DNA of 64,000 bases from the human T2T-CHM13v2.0 reference genome, Homo sapiens (GCF_009914755.1 NC_060926.1), one strand, 5' to 3'; positions 15,128 to 37,127 are shown, counted from the stretch's first letter. A program made the numbers and translations. The notes: generated from the sequence alone by a model not told the origin.

Positions 15128-15503
15128 TATGGTATGGTCTGAATGCTTGCATTCCCCAAAAATTTATATGTTGAAATCCTAACCTTCAAGGTGAAGGTAT
15201 TAGGAGGTAAAAGGCCTTTGGGAGGTGATTAGGTCATGGGATGGAGTCTTCATGCATTGGATTAGTGTCTTAATAAAAGAGGCCTGAGAGAGGCCCTTCC
15301 CTCTGGCTTCTTCAGCCACGTGAGATTACAGTGAGAAGACGGCTGTCTAAAGGGAAGCAAGCAGGCCTTCACCAGACACCGAATCTGCCAGTGCCTTGAT
15401 CTTGGACTTCCAAGCCTAGAGAACAATCAGAAATAAATTTCTGTTCTTTAAAAGCCACCCAGTCCATGGTGCTTTGTTAGAGTAGCCTCAACAGATGAAT
15501 ACA
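15128..15503 (+). mobile_element. MaLR solo LTR (MLT1A/MSTD-like)
   Basis: TATGGTCTGAATG...ATGTTGAAATCCTAACC...AGAAATAAATTTCTGTT...AATACA. Confidence 0.8.
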
Positions 15504-16059
15504 TTGCATTTTTCATTTCATCCTTATGTCTTGATTTTATTCCTTTCTTTTAATAACTCCTGGCCCTTCCCTTAAAAAAAAAATAATCCTTCTTATACCT
15601 TTGGAGACTTCCAGTTCCCTGAAGTTTCCTTCTGTATTCTACAGTAGATCAATTCCTGGGGCAAGCTCTACCCTGGAACCTTCTGGAAGTTGTTTCCTTT
15701 TTCCTATTCTGCAAGTGTCTCCAAGGCTGCAGTGTTTTGCCCTCTTTACTCATCCTTGAATAAGGTAAGCTACGTCTAGACTGAAGGTTTATTATCAAAC
15801 AAGCTCTTGAATCCATTCTCTGTCAAGTGGAATAATGCTGGAGCCCTCTTCTCAGACACATCCGGAGAAGAGGTCACCTCTGTAGCTGTCAGGTCAGTTT
15901 CCAGGTTTCAGTCAGCTTTCCCCTACCTGCTCTCTGGCAGCAGATTTCACTGGTGCTCACTCCTCGATTATGCCTTGACCTAGCCCCTCCCTTTCTTCCC
16001 CTCAGAGCTAACACTATGCCAGTGTTTGTCATAATCCTCTCTTTGCTTTTATTTCCTTT

Positions 16060-16443
16060 CTTTCTCCCTTCCCTCCCCTCCCCTCCCCTCCCATCCCGTT
16101 CCCTTCCCTTCCCTGCCCTGCCCTGCCCTGCCCTGCCCTGCCCTTCTTTCTTCTTTTTTTTTCTTTTTGAAACAGAGTTTCATTCTTGTTGCCCAGGCTG
16201 GAGTGCAGTGGTACATCTTGGCTCACTGCAACCTCCGCCTCCCCGGTTCAAGCGATTCTCTTGCCTCAGCCTCCCGAGTAGCTGGAACTACAGGTGTGCA
16301 CCACCACGCCCGGCTAATTTTGTATTTTTAGTAGAGACAGGGTTTTACCATGTTGGCCAGGCTGGTCTCCTGACCTCAGGTGATCCGCCTGCCTTGGCCT
16401 CCCAAAGTGCTGGGAATACAGGCTTGAGCCACGGCGCCTGGCC
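16060..16443 (-). mobile_element. Alu (AluS) with (CCCTT/CCCTG)n tail repeat
   Basis: Pentamer repeat 16060-16145 followed by a full antisense Alu. Confidence 0.9.
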
Positions 16444-16672
16444 TCTTTGCTTTTATTTCTATAGTTGTATCATTTATACAGCTATAGTTGTATAGTTGTA
16501 TCACATCACTTAGGATGTGATAAGCATCCCTAAATAATGTAATTAGTATTTCAAGAAATTTGAATGCAAGTTTATATTTTGCTTTTTTTCTTCTTATTAT
16601 TATTGTTATTTTTCTCATCATTCCTATTCAAGGAAGTTTTTATCTTGGGAGGACTTGCTTCTTTCAATTTAA

Positions 16673-17258
16673 TGTGCCAATGCCCTGCAGTCCAACAGGA
16701 AAACTCCTGCAGTTGAAGAAATTGAGTTCGTTACTCATTATAGTGAGGGGGAAGCACAGCATGGGGAAGGAGGGGGCATCTCAGTAAGAGAGTGTCAGGA
16801 TATCTCAGTAAGAGGGTGTCAGGACTCATTGTAGGATTTGGGCTTCTGTTAGGTAATTTTGGGGAGAGTTTAAGGAACAAGGACTTTGCTCTGGATTAGA
16901 TACTGTCAGGAGCACTGAGTATCGCACTAAATCTTATCTAGAAGGAGGGAAGGCTAGACCAAGGCTAATGCTGTAATTGGGAAAAAAGCAGCAGTCCCTC
17001 ATATTAGCTAGAATAAGAGGGTACTTAGTCATTTTTGTGGTCTGGGCAATATCCATGTTTTGTCTGTGGTCAGATGTGATTACAGAGTAATCTTGTTTTT
17101 GTCTTTATCATGGTCACAGTGTGGCCTTATCTGGTGTTATGTTACATGAAATTACTTACTTTCAACAGGTGAACACCAATGTTTAGTTGTGAGCGGCCAT
17201 CTGATAGCACGAGCACAGCTGCTGGATATTAGGGGTTGCTTTTCCTTTTTTTTTCTCA
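16673..17258 (-). mobile_element. ERVL solo LTR (MER54/MER74-group-like) inserted in old L1
   Basis: Reverse strand starts TGAGAAAA...AAAAGCAACCCCT and has TCACCTGTTGAA...AATTTCAT; contains a 24-bp tandem duplication at 16778-16824. Confidence 0.55.
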
Positions 17259-17990
17259 AATGTTGATGGGATTCATCCATGTCGTTACATGTAGCTATGG
17301 TTTATTCATTTTCACCACTCAGTAGTATTCTCTTGTATAGAATACTATTAAGCATTCCATATACAGTATAATACATTTGTGTGTATTACAATACAACCAT
17401 TTTTATTTATTTGCTCTACTCTTGATGGACATTTGAATTGTTTGCAGTTTTGGACTATGACAAGTATGCTGCTATGAATATTCTTGTACATGTCTCGTGG
17501 TGCACATGCTCAAGGAATTCTATAGAGTATATATTTAGGAATGGAATTGCTTGGTCATAAGGATGTTACAACAGTCCCCCCAACATGTGGTTTTGCTTTC
17601 TGTGGTTTCAGTTACCCATAGTCAACGTCTGAAAATAGGTGAGTACAGTACAATCAGATATTTTGAAAGAGACCAAATTCATATAACTTTTATTACAGTA
17701 TATTGGTATTATTGTTCTATTTTGTTAATTGTTGTTAATCTCTTACTGTGGCTAATTTATTATTCATAGGTATGTATGTATAAGGAAAAACATAGTATAC
17801 ATAGGGTTCAGTACTATCCGCAGTTTCAAGCATCCACTGGGGATCTTGGAACATATCGCCTGCAGGTAAGGCCCCAGGGAACACTTTAATCTTCAACTCT
17901 TTACTGTCAAACTGTTTTTCCAAAATACTTGTTACAGTTTACCTCCCTCTCCCCATCTGCCCACTGCTTAATTGTCTGATACTTGGAGCT
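17259..17990 (-). mobile_element. Old L1M 3' fragment, interrupted by MER44A
   Basis: GATTCATCCATGT...TTGATGGACATTTG...GCTATGAATATTCTTGTACATGTC, antisense L1 3' region. Confidence 0.75.
17568..17875. mobile_element. MER44A (Tigger7-derived MITE)
   Basis: GGTTTCAGTTACCC...GAAAATAGGTGAGTACAGTACAAT...GCATCCACTGGGG match the MER44A consensus. Confidence 0.85.
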
Positions 17991-18529
17991 TAACGCAGTG
18001 CATGGAAAATTGCGAGCCCCGGAATTCACTGCTGCAGTATTCTGGGGCTTGCAATTCAGTATTCTCAGCGCTTTACTTAGGGGGACCAGAACTTTCCCTG
18101 CCACATACTTTCTGCTTCATTTAAAATTGGAGACTCTTGAAAAGTTTTAAATGGAGATGGGAAGGAGCCAGTAAAGAAAGAGAGATTGAGGATACAGGGG
18201 AGAGAGACAGTAATCTGCAGAGAGAGGATCTTGGTCAGGTGAGAGAGGACAAAATGGAGGCACTGGCATTTCTTCCATTGCAAAGTAAACCATAAATAAT
18301 GCCTGGATGAGCTTACAAGGAAGTCGCCATAACTGTGATTACTCTTACTAGACTTGGGATGGTCAGGGAAGGCTCTAGATAAAATGTTGTATTGAAGTTG
18401 GACTTCGAAGTCAGGCTATAATGGATATGGGCAGAAAGAAAGGGACGGGCTGATTTAGGGATAAAGCAAAAATCTCATAAAGCAAATGCTGGTGTGGAGG
18501 GTAAAGTTGTGGGAAATAATACTGGAAAG

Positions 18530-18533
<4 letters not shown>

Positions 18534-18564
<31 letters not shown>

Positions 18565-18683
18565 AGAGATGGAGTCTTGCCATCTTGCCCAGGCTGATCT
18601 TGAACTCCTGGACTTGAGCGATCTTCCCACCTTGGCCTCCCAAAGTGCTGAGATTACAGGTGTGACCAACCATGCCCTGCCTG
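18534..18683 (-). mobile_element. Alu monomer (FLAM)
   Basis: Single arm with long T run; CTGGAAAGA TSD. Confidence 0.85.
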
Positions 18684-18755
18684 GAAAGAAAGATTTGAAC
18701 AGACCAAGGAAGGTGTGAAACCTGGGCTGAGGATGAAACCATTACCTGAGGGGAA

Positions 18756-19125
18756 TGATATGGTTTGGCTCTGTGTCCCCACCCAAATCTACCTTGAGTT
18801 GTAATAATCTCCATGTGTCAAGGGTGGGACCAGGTGGAGGTAACTGGATCATGGGATTGGTTCCCCCATGCTGTTCTCGTAATAATGAGTAAGTCTCAGG
18901 AGATCTGATGGTTTTATAAGCATCTGGCATTTCCTCTGCTTGCACTTGCTCCATTCTACCACGCTGTAAAGAAGGTGCCTGCTCATCCTTTGCCTTCTGC
19001 CATGATTATAAGTTTCCTGAGGCCTCCCTAGCAATGTGGAACTGTGAGTCAATTAAACCTCTTTCCTTTATAAATTACCCAGTCTCGGGTATTTCTTTAT
19101 AGCAGAGTGAGAACAGACTAATACT
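18756..19125 (+). mobile_element. THE1 solo LTR (THE1C-like)
   Basis: TGATATGGTTTGGCTCTGTGTCCCCACCCAAATCT...GACTAATAC; 5-bp TSD GGGAA/GGGAG. Confidence 0.9.
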
Positions 19126-19699
19126 GGGAGTTTGAAGGCTTTTGTGCAAGAAAGTAATGGGATAAAACCAATGTTGAATGCTAGATTGGAGTAGTCTAGA
19201 CATAATGTGGTTATACTGAAAAAGAAGGGTCAGGTCTTAGACACCCTAAGAAGGGAGAATTAACATCTTAAGAAGGGAAAATTAGGTCTGTAAACTGGTT
19301 GTTTCATTTAAATAAAAGATCAGAAGGACAATTAGTCATTCAGTTTTAGATATGTTAGGTTGACCTTTGATTTTCATATCTAAAAATGTCAGGCAAATCA
19401 AATTATGGGTTCAGCAATCTGCTTCCAGTCAGTAACAGAGACATTAGACCATGAAACATACAAAGTAAACACTAACAACTCCCTCCACTCCCATCCCTCC
19501 ATTAAAAAACAAACAAACAAACAAAAAAACCCACCTCATTTTGTAGCTTTTGTTGATTTGCCTCCTAGTAACCAATCAGGAGGCAGTTCAGTACCTCTCT
19601 CTTCAAACAGTTACTTACGTATGCTCCTAGAAAGAAAAAAATAACTATGAAGCCATATTTATATAGATGTATACTTTTTAAATTTATTCAAGTGGTTTT

Positions 19700-19905
19700 G
19701 AATTCTGTGTCTACCACTAAGTTACTATGCAATCTCTGGCAGGTCGCTTAAACCTATTTGTGCCTCTCAGTGTCACCATCTAGAAAATGAGGGTGATGAT
19801 ATAAAAATATAGGGTTCCAAAGAAGATTAAGTGAGTTATTGAATGTAAAGGACTTAGAAGAGTGCCTGTCACATAGCAAAAGCTCAGTAAATATTTGTTA
19901 TTTTT
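19700..19905 (+). mobile_element. MIR
   Basis: MIR core and 3' end (GCCTGTCACATAG...CTCAGTAAATATTTG). Confidence 0.65.
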
Positions 19906-19971
19906 ATTGTTTTCTTGGAGATCCTTTCATATCAGCCCATATAACTATAATATTTTTAAAAGGCTGTATAA

Positions 19972-21340
<1,369 letters not shown>

Positions 21341-21394
21341 TTGCCTAGAAAGTCTTTTTATATTACATCTGTGTAGTGTGGGTATAAAAAATAA

Positions 21395-22055
<661 letters not shown>

Positions 22056-22074
22056 TACTTGTTTATATTACATT

Positions 22075-22171
22075 TCTCTCATCCAAGTATTAAGCAGGCC
22101 CCCAGACCTAACCCTGCTTAGCTTCTGAGATCAGATAAGATTGGGGGCATTCAGAGTGGTATGGCCATAGA
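22075..22171 (-). pseudogene. RNA5S: 5S rRNA pseudogene (3'-truncated, ~9-10 nt insertion)
   Basis: Reverse strand reads TCTATGGCCATACCACTCTGAATGCCCCCAATCTTATCTGATCTCAGAAGCTAAGCAGGGT...ATACTTGGATGAGAGA, i.e. 5S nt ~2-90 with CpG decay. Confidence 0.92.
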
Positions 22172-22179
22172 GTATGTAT

Positions 22180-22680
22180 TATATTGCTATCTTTGAATCC
22201 TCTGGAAATTTGGGAATATAAAGAGCATGGTAAAGAATCCATTTTATTTTATTTTCCATTCCTAGCCAGTTTTCTCATCACTGTCTATTGACTAATACAT
22301 CTTCCCTTCTCCCATCCCTCCCCTATAAATTCGACTCATCTACCTTTTTCACACATTAAATCTGTATACGTATTTGGGTTTATTTCTGTTGATTCTCTTC
22401 TATTCCATTCTATTCTATTTAGCTATTCTATTTCTTCTCTAGAATAAGATATTTTAATTATTATAACTCCATGATACATTTTAATGTATAGTTGTATTAA
22501 TTACCCTCTCACTACTCTTGTTTTTCAGAGTTTTTCTAATTGCCCATTTATATGTCTTGAAGAACTTTAGTGTTATTTTTGTCAGGTTGAAAAAAATCAC
22601 CTTGGTGTTTTATTTGGCATATACATTGAATTTACAGATCATTTAAGGAAATCAATGTCTTTATAATGTGAATAGTCTCT
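22180..22680 (-). mobile_element. Old L1M ORF2 fragment
   Basis: AT-rich antisense L1 ORF2-like text (GAACTTTAG...ACATTGAATTTACAGAT). Confidence 0.55.
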
Positions 22681-24473
22681 CTTAATGTTGTAGGCAAAGA
22701 GGGAAAATCTGAAGAGGAAAAGGAAGAGGAGGAGGAGAAGGAGGTAGAGGAGGGGGAAGAGGGGAATAAGGAAGAAAAAGAGACAATTTCCTTCATAATT
22801 CACATTCTAAAATATGACGTAAATTGCATTTCCCTCTGAATAGCACAAAACACTTTTAAAACACCATCTCAGTCTCTAAAACATCTCAGCAGTATGCAAT
22901 TACTATTGCTAATTGATAGACTAAAAGTTCAAGGCACAAACTTGGCCATGTTCTTTAACTTATATAATCATTCTAAAGTGATTTCTTTTCTTTTGGGTAC
23001 TTATGAAGAACTGAGTGTAAATCTTTCCTGCCTACAGGTTTTTGGCAGCCCCTGCTGGAGTAAGATTATGTAATGGATAGGGGTAACAGCTCGCATATCT
23101 ATATGCAAGCAATCTAATTGACAGCGACTTTATTCTGATGTAAGCTACTTTGCGAAAATTTGGACTCTTACCCCAACTTCAACTTTTATCCCACTGTCAA
23201 AATTATTTCCAGATTATCCAAAGTGATAGGTAATAAACAGAAAAATAGATTAACACTCATTCTTAGCTTCTTAGACCTCTTAATTTTGAACAGTTTCCTT
23301 TGGAGAATTGTAAAATTAAAGGTTATTTTCCCACAATTTTTCTCCTTCTAAATATTTGGATAACACACTAGGGTGACTAAATGGATACTTCGAGCCTACC
23401 ACGAAGACGGCCAATCTGCAAAGCAAAGCTAAGAGAACAGGGAGTCCAAATGCACTTGGAGTACCTGGAAATTATACCTGGCAGCCAGCAACCTTTTGTG
23501 CTTCTTTGTTGTACTGTATTTTCTGGCAGCAGGCTTTCAAGGGTATCTTTATTTCACTGATTACTAAATTGTGTTGGATTTAATGAGAGAGATCTGTCCT
23601 TTTATTTGTGCCTTTTTCCCTTCTTCTTCTTACTTAAAAAAAAAAAAAGGATCAGCATCACAAAAGCTTTGTACATTTCTAGTTTGCTTTTGATGATGTG
23701 ACCGTTTGCTCCCATCTATCTCCATGGTAATAAGCTGTCTCTACCCCCACTTTTCGAAGCCTCAGATACTTAGGAAGCTTCAGGACTGGAGAAGAGTTGC
23801 ATGTTAAAATAATGCAGAGAAATAAATTGGTCTCTGTAAATAGGCCCCATCTTCAAAGCCTTCGAATTTTCTTCAAAATGTGATCCATTTTTCTTAGCTT
23901 GAAAACAGGTGCATTTTAGATAAAATATTTGAAAGTAAATTTGCATCTCAGCAAATGCATCTCAGTAAGTGCCCCTATTCTAAAATAAGACTTGGGTAGG
24001 ATTTTAAAACTGGAAGAGGCCTCAGGCTTCATTTAGTCCAAGATGCTTATTATATACTTGAGGAAACTCAGGCTCAAAGTATTTCACGGCTTTGTATCTA
24101 ATCGTAACTTTGAACTGGGACTTATGCCTCCCAGCAAGGTATTCTTTCTTCTGTTACTAATATGTCAATAATAATTATTATTATGTTAATAACAATAGCT
24201 ATTTTTAGTAATAAAAGAGAGAATTCACATAAGATGCTATAAAATGCCAGTAATTGTTATTATATCTGGCTAGGCAACTTTCCCAATAACAAAGGTTTTC
24301 AAAAGTTGATCTTTTAGTTTTCAAATTATGTTCTCTTAAAGAATACACTCATAGAAGTCGATATTTCTAAAAGATGATTATATATAAATATACATACACA
24401 TACACATATATATTTGTAGTATATAAATAAAATATTAATAGTGATTATCTCAGTAGTGGTTAAAATTAATTTA

Positions 24474-24793
<320 letters not shown>

Positions 24794-25101
24794 TAGTCTG
24801 TATTTTTAAATTTTCTATGTAAAACTTGTATTACTTTTCTTATAATAAAAGAAGACTATATTTTTGGAAAAAAATATTCACACATTTGATGCTTAAAATG
24901 TAAATCATTCCTTCCTGGCCCAATCCCACTGTTCTTTTCCCACAAAATTCAAAATAATTTCATTCACAGTAGCTACAGATATTCTGCCCTGCTCTATGTA
25001 CTATGACTTAGTGCTGGGGACTGGAATGACTGTGTCCCATCATTCACAAAATATCAGGGATTTTCACTTAGGCAGGGAGAATTGACTGCAGAACGCAAGG
25101 T

Positions 25102-25746
<645 letters not shown>

Positions 25747-25820
25747 AGAACCCAAGGTCTTTATAAGGTATATCCCTCTCACAGCTTTTTGTGGACTCAT
25801 GTTTTACTTATTGTTTTGTT

Positions 25821-27236
25821 AAAAGCAATGGCAACAAAAGCCAAAATAGACAAATGGGATCTAATTAAACTAAAGAGCTTCTGTACAGCAAAAGAAACTA
25901 CCATCAGAGTAAACAGGCAACCTACAGAATGGGAGAAAATTTCTGCAATCTACCCATCTGACAAAGGACTAATATCCAGAATCTTCAAAGAACTTAAACA
26001 AATTTACAGGAAAAAATCAAACAACCCCATCAAAAAGTGGGCAAAGGATATGAACAGACAGTTTTCAAAAGAAGACATTTATGCAGCCAACAGACACATG
26101 AAAAAATGCTCATCATCACTGGTCATCAGAGAAATGCAAATCAAAACCACAATGATTAGAATGGTGATCATTAAAGTCAGGAAACAACAGATGCTGGAGA
26201 GGATGTGGAGAAATAAGAATGCTTTTACACTGTTGGTGGGAGTATAAACTAGTTCAACCACTGTGGAAGACAGTATGGCGATTTCTCAAGGATCTAGAAC
26301 TAGAAATACCATTTGACCCAGTGATTCCATTACTGGGTATAAACCCAAAGGATTTTAAATCATGCTGCTATAAAGACACATGCACAAGTATGTTTATTGT
26401 GGCACTATTCACAATAGCAAAGACTTGGAACCAACACACATGTCCATCAGTGATAGACTGGATTAAGAAAATGTGGCACATTACTATGCAGCCATAAAAA
26501 ATGATGAGTTCACGTCCTTTGTAGGGACATGGATGAAGCTGGAAACCATCATTCTCAGCAAACTATCCCAAGGACAAAAAACCAAACACCGCATGTTCTC
26601 ACTCACAGGTGGGAATTGAACAATGAGAACACTTGGACACAGGAAGGGGAACATCACACACCCCGGACTGTTTTGGGGTGTGGGGAGGGGGGAGGGGGGA
26701 GGGATAGCATTAGGAGATATACCTAATGTAAATGACGAGTTAATGGGTGCAGCACACCAACATGGCACATATATACATATGTAACAAACCTGCATGTTGT
26801 GCACATGTACCCTAGAACTTAAAATATAATAAAAAATATATATATATTAAAAAAAAGAAAATGTGGCACATATACACCATGGAATACTATGCAGCCATAA
26901 AAATGGATGAGTTCATGTCCTTTGTAGCGACATGGATGAAGCTGGAAAGCATCATTCTGAGCAAGCTATCGCAAGGACAGAAAATCAAACACCACATGTT
27001 CTCACTCATAGGTGGGAATTGAACAATGAGAACACTTGGACACAGGGCAGGGAACATCACATACCCCGGCCTGTCGTGGGGTGGGGGGATAGGGGAGAGA
27101 TAGCATTAGGAGAAATACCTAATGTAAATGACAAGTTAATGGGTGCAGCAATCAAACACGGCACATGTATACATATGTAACAAACCTGCACGTTGTGCAC
27201 GTGTACCCTAGAACTTAAAGTATATATATAAAAAAA
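25821..27236 (+). mobile_element. 5'-truncated L1PA (ORF2 C-terminus plus 3'UTR), host element
   Basis: [36 protein letters not shown] is L1 ORF2; 3'UTR and tail end at ~27236. Confidence 0.95.
26482..26854 (+). mobile_element. Second L1PA 3' end nested in the first
   Basis: Has its own 3'UTR and tail; 17-bp TSD AAGAAAATGTGGCACAT at 26465-26481 and 26855-26871. Confidence 0.9.
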
Positions 27237-27760
27237 GAGCTACTTTTAACTAAAAGAATAATAATTAATACTACTGAGAGCTTTTCACCTGAACACCTCA
27301 AAGCACTGCACATGCCTTAACCCCTTTATGGTCTCATTGAGGTATGTGTTTGCTCTTAAAGACTTTTCACAATTTCACAAGCAAAACTCAAATGATCCAT
27401 TATATCTAAGAAGTCAAGGCAAACCCTCTGGGAATAAAGAGCTGCCTAGGAATAATAGTAGGGCTACCTTATGAGACATGGTGAAAGTCCCGGGCACAGT
27501 GTCTTGTGGATGGCAGATGCTGAAAAAAGGTCCCATGTTTCCAATGCAGAGATCACAATAGGGCCTGGTTATGCCTTTGAGGCCTCAGCCCATGAGGCCC
27601 ACCAGGTAACCAAAGCACTGTGATCGTGCACCATCAGCCTGAATAGAGCCACTTGCAAGTTATAACTTTATCTCTGCTCCTGATTATGTGAAAAACGGCA
27701 AACAACTTTGTTTAACCTCCACTTACTTTTTTCCCCTCCTTGACTATAGTTGAAATCAGC

Positions 27761-28174
27761 TGTATTAGGCCATTCTTGCATTGCTATAAAGAAATACCTG
27801 AGACTGGGTAATTTATAAAGGAAAGAGATTTAATTGGCTCATATTCCTGCAGGCTATACAGGAGGCATGGTGCTGGCATCTGCTTGGCTTCTGGTGAATC
27901 CTCAGGGAGCTTTTATTCATGGTGGAAGGTGAAGTGGGAGCTGGCACTTCACACGGCAAAAGCAAGAGCAAGAGAGAGAGAGTGAAGGTGGGGGTACCAC
28001 ACACTTTTAAATTACCAGATCTCATGAGAACTCACTCACTATCTCCAGGACAGGTCCAAGCCATGAGAAATCTGCCCCCATGACCTTAACACCTCCCATC
28101 GGGACCCATCTCCAACACTGGGGATTACATTTCAACATGAGGTTTGGGCGAGGACATGTATCTAGATTATATCA
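27761..28174 (-). mobile_element. MaLR solo LTR (MSTA/MSTB)
   Basis: TGTATTAGGCCATTCTTGCATTGCTATAAAGAAATACCTGAGACTGGG...ATATCA; TSD TCAGC/TCAAC. Confidence 0.9.
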
Positions 28175-28208
28175 TCAACTAGATCCAAACAGCTTTTGCT
28201 ATCAATGA

Positions 28209-28857
<649 letters not shown>

Positions 28858-29059
28858 TAATGCTTGAGACCTTCAGAAATGATCAAATGATGATTTGCCA
28901 TATCTTCTTTCACATTTAGGTTAAACACTGTCCTGGGAACAACTCTAATTGGGGATGAAAGAAGAATAGAAAAGGACAATATAACTTATGCTAGGTTATT
29001 AAAACTTAGTGGGAAGTAACCAAGTATCTTGAATAATGTGTCTAAAATAGATCTCTATG

Positions 29060-29925
29060 GTTTTGCCCCAAACCTGCTCCTTCTCCAATAGTCACCTCTT
29101 TTTAATACATGGTACTGGTATTCGCCCAGTTACTCAAACCAAAAACTAGAGAGCCACCCTGGGCTCTTCCTCTCCCTCCACTCCCAAATTCAGTCCATCT
29201 GTAAGTCCTGTTAGTTTGTCTTCCAAAAAAATTCCCACATTCTTCCACTTTGCTTCTTTTTTTGTCCTCTGTGGTCCCCTGGTCCAAGCCCCTGTCATCT
29301 GTCACATGATCAGCACAGTGACTTCTGACCAGCCTCCCCCTTTCCCCCTCACTACAGTCCATTTTCTCCATGGCAGCCAAATTTAAAGATCACACGTGTC
29401 ATACCCCTGCAAAAAAGCATCCTTTCTCGCAGAACAAAATCCAAACTCCTTTTGGGGAACCTGGAGTACCTACTTGCTCTAGGCACTGTGCACCTGAAGC
29501 CCTTTTTCTCCCTGTCTCTCCCTTGCTTTCTCTTCTGGCTGTGTGGCCCCCGGGCTCTGCAGATGCTCCTTGTGCATGGCAGGGTCTTCTCCAAGGACCT
29601 TCATGTGATTCCCCCATTCACATCATTCAAGTCTGCCCGAATTCTTTCTCCCCAGCAAGGCTTTCCCTCACTGTCCTATCCAAAAGGGCACCTTGCCCTT
29701 CATCTCCTTTCCCTGCCTTCTTCTTCCATACAGACCTCCTCACCCTGCAATTATGTTGTATCGTTCAACTTGTTTGTTTCTGCCTGAACTGTCTCTGTCT
29801 CTAGAATGGAATCTCCTCAAGCAGGGATGTGGTCTTTCTTGTAATCCACTAAGAGTTCAGCTCCAAGAGCAATTCTTCACATACGGAAGGTACTCAAGGA
29901 ATATTTATAGAATAAATGAATGGTC
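29060..29925 (+). mobile_element. L2 3' fragment
   Basis: CCAAACCTGCTCC...CTGGTCCAAGCC...AAAATCCAAACTCCTT...GAATAAATGAATG. Confidence 0.75.
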
Positions 29926-30354
29926 TCATCTTAATCTTTTCTTCTCCTATGAGAGAGAACATTTTGGGAGTGAGGATCAATGTTAGACGTGATTAAGAGC
30001 CCTAGAGAATAAGAAGTTATAATAACATGCAGCAGATGCAAGAAAAAGCAAATTGCATTTTTGCCATGGATTGCTGTGGATATATCCAAGTGCTGCACAT
30101 AGATATTTGGGCTGTAGATTTCTGTGGCGTAGAGAGATGCTCACCCCAAAAGACACTGCACTAAATGCTGTGCAGGCTCACTATAATCAGTAAGTGCTTA
30201 TCGCCCCCTTCAGGTGCTTATCTTCTTGAGAACAGAGACAGTGACTCATGTTATATTTTATTATAGTAATTTGCAAATAGCAGGTAATACATAAATATTT
30301 GCTAAATTGAATGACATTGATCCTTTCCACATCTGGAATGAATTTTTAGGTTCT

Positions 30355-30394
30355 GGTGTGCGTGTGTGTGTGTGTGCGTGTGTGTGTGTGTGTT
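30355..30394. repeat. (TG)n microsatellite
   Basis: Visible run. Confidence 0.9.
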
Positions 30395-30419
30395 TACATT
30401 CAAAATATCTATTTTGAAG

Positions 30420-31995
<1,576 letters not shown>

Positions 31996-32004
31996 AAAAG
32001 GCTG

Positions 32005-32760
<756 letters not shown>

Positions 32761-32903
32761 ACCAACTCTTTCAAACGGTGTGCTTCATATGCGGAACTGA
32801 GAGTCTCAGAATGATCACAAGACACCACCGTGTAGAAGATAGGAACTTGAGGATGCCCCCTTTTAAGAGTGGGTTTGGGCAGGAGTTAAATAATATCTGA
32901 ATT

Positions 32904-33420
<517 letters not shown>

Positions 33421-33469
33421 TTACCATATTATTATAACCATAGTAAAATAGGTGAATAATAATAGGTGA

Positions 33470-34930
<1,461 letters not shown>

Positions 34931-35477
34931 AGGTATTTCTAATGAGTAAAATGGGCACATTTGCATCTTCTTGACAGGATTGCTGTGACTATTAAACAAA
35001 ATAATACCCATTCATTCTAAATATATGCTGATGTCTACTCTATGCCAGGCACTGTACTAGTGTTTGATAATTTCTAAGAGTTATTAATCTTCAGGATTCT
35101 GGAACAAAAAATTAGAATTCTTGAGAATTCTTGGTGATCCTCAAAATCATAAGTTATCCTACATTTCCCCATAACGTCTTCTTGGTATGTTTTTAAAAAC
35201 AATGACTGACTACACTAGTAAATAGCGGACCATTTTTCTGTGATGGGGTTATACAAAAAGTTTCTAAAGCTTTCTGCAACCAAAACAAACAAGAAATCCC
35301 CCCAGACAGTGATAATAAATGCATGGGTTATATGGTTTATTATTATTATGGACATATATATTGAGACAAGATTACACTACATTTCAATGACCCGTAAAAA
35401 TAATTTCTACCTGAGTTAGACAATAGAATATATTAAAAGAAGGGAACATTAACACACAATAATGCCAAATAAAATGA

Positions 35478-35816
<339 letters not shown>

Positions 35817-36312
35817 AAAAGTTATTCTTAAAATGAAATTGAAAAACACATAAAGCATGAATTGCCCTGAATGTCTTGGTCCTTGTTTCCTGACAAATAT
35901 TCCAGGTGTAGAATGTTTTTTCATCCTCTGTTAATGTTAATTTATTATTACTAAGAATGTGTCTACAAGCTTCTTCGAATTGAGCATTAGGGTACGTGTT
36001 GGTTATTATAAACTCATTCACTTTTCTTAATGATGAAAATAATTGTCTTCTTTCACTGGTTTTGATTTTTTTCCTTGAAGTCTATGTTATTTTCGCTAAT
36101 TCAGATTTTAGATGTTTCTGACTTCGTGATGGAATAGTTCCCAACAATATTCACTCTTCTTTGCATTGCTTCTGATAAAGCATATTTTCCTCCACAAAAG
36201 TCTTTCCTTAATGATTTTGCTAATTGAGCCATTTCATTTTTGTTTGCTGAAGCAAAAAGAGTTGTCAACCTCATATAAACTAACTGCTGAAATATTTTAA
36301 TGAGAAATATGA

Positions 36313-37127
<815 letters not shown>

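Noticed and set aside
15953-16495. 180-aa Pro/Phe-rich ORF, and the many similar ORFs containing [15 protein letters not shown]
   Set aside because: Translations of Alu and simple repeats.
29102-29986. Dense overlapping ORFs on both strands
   Set aside because: They lie in a decayed L2; no recognisable protein.
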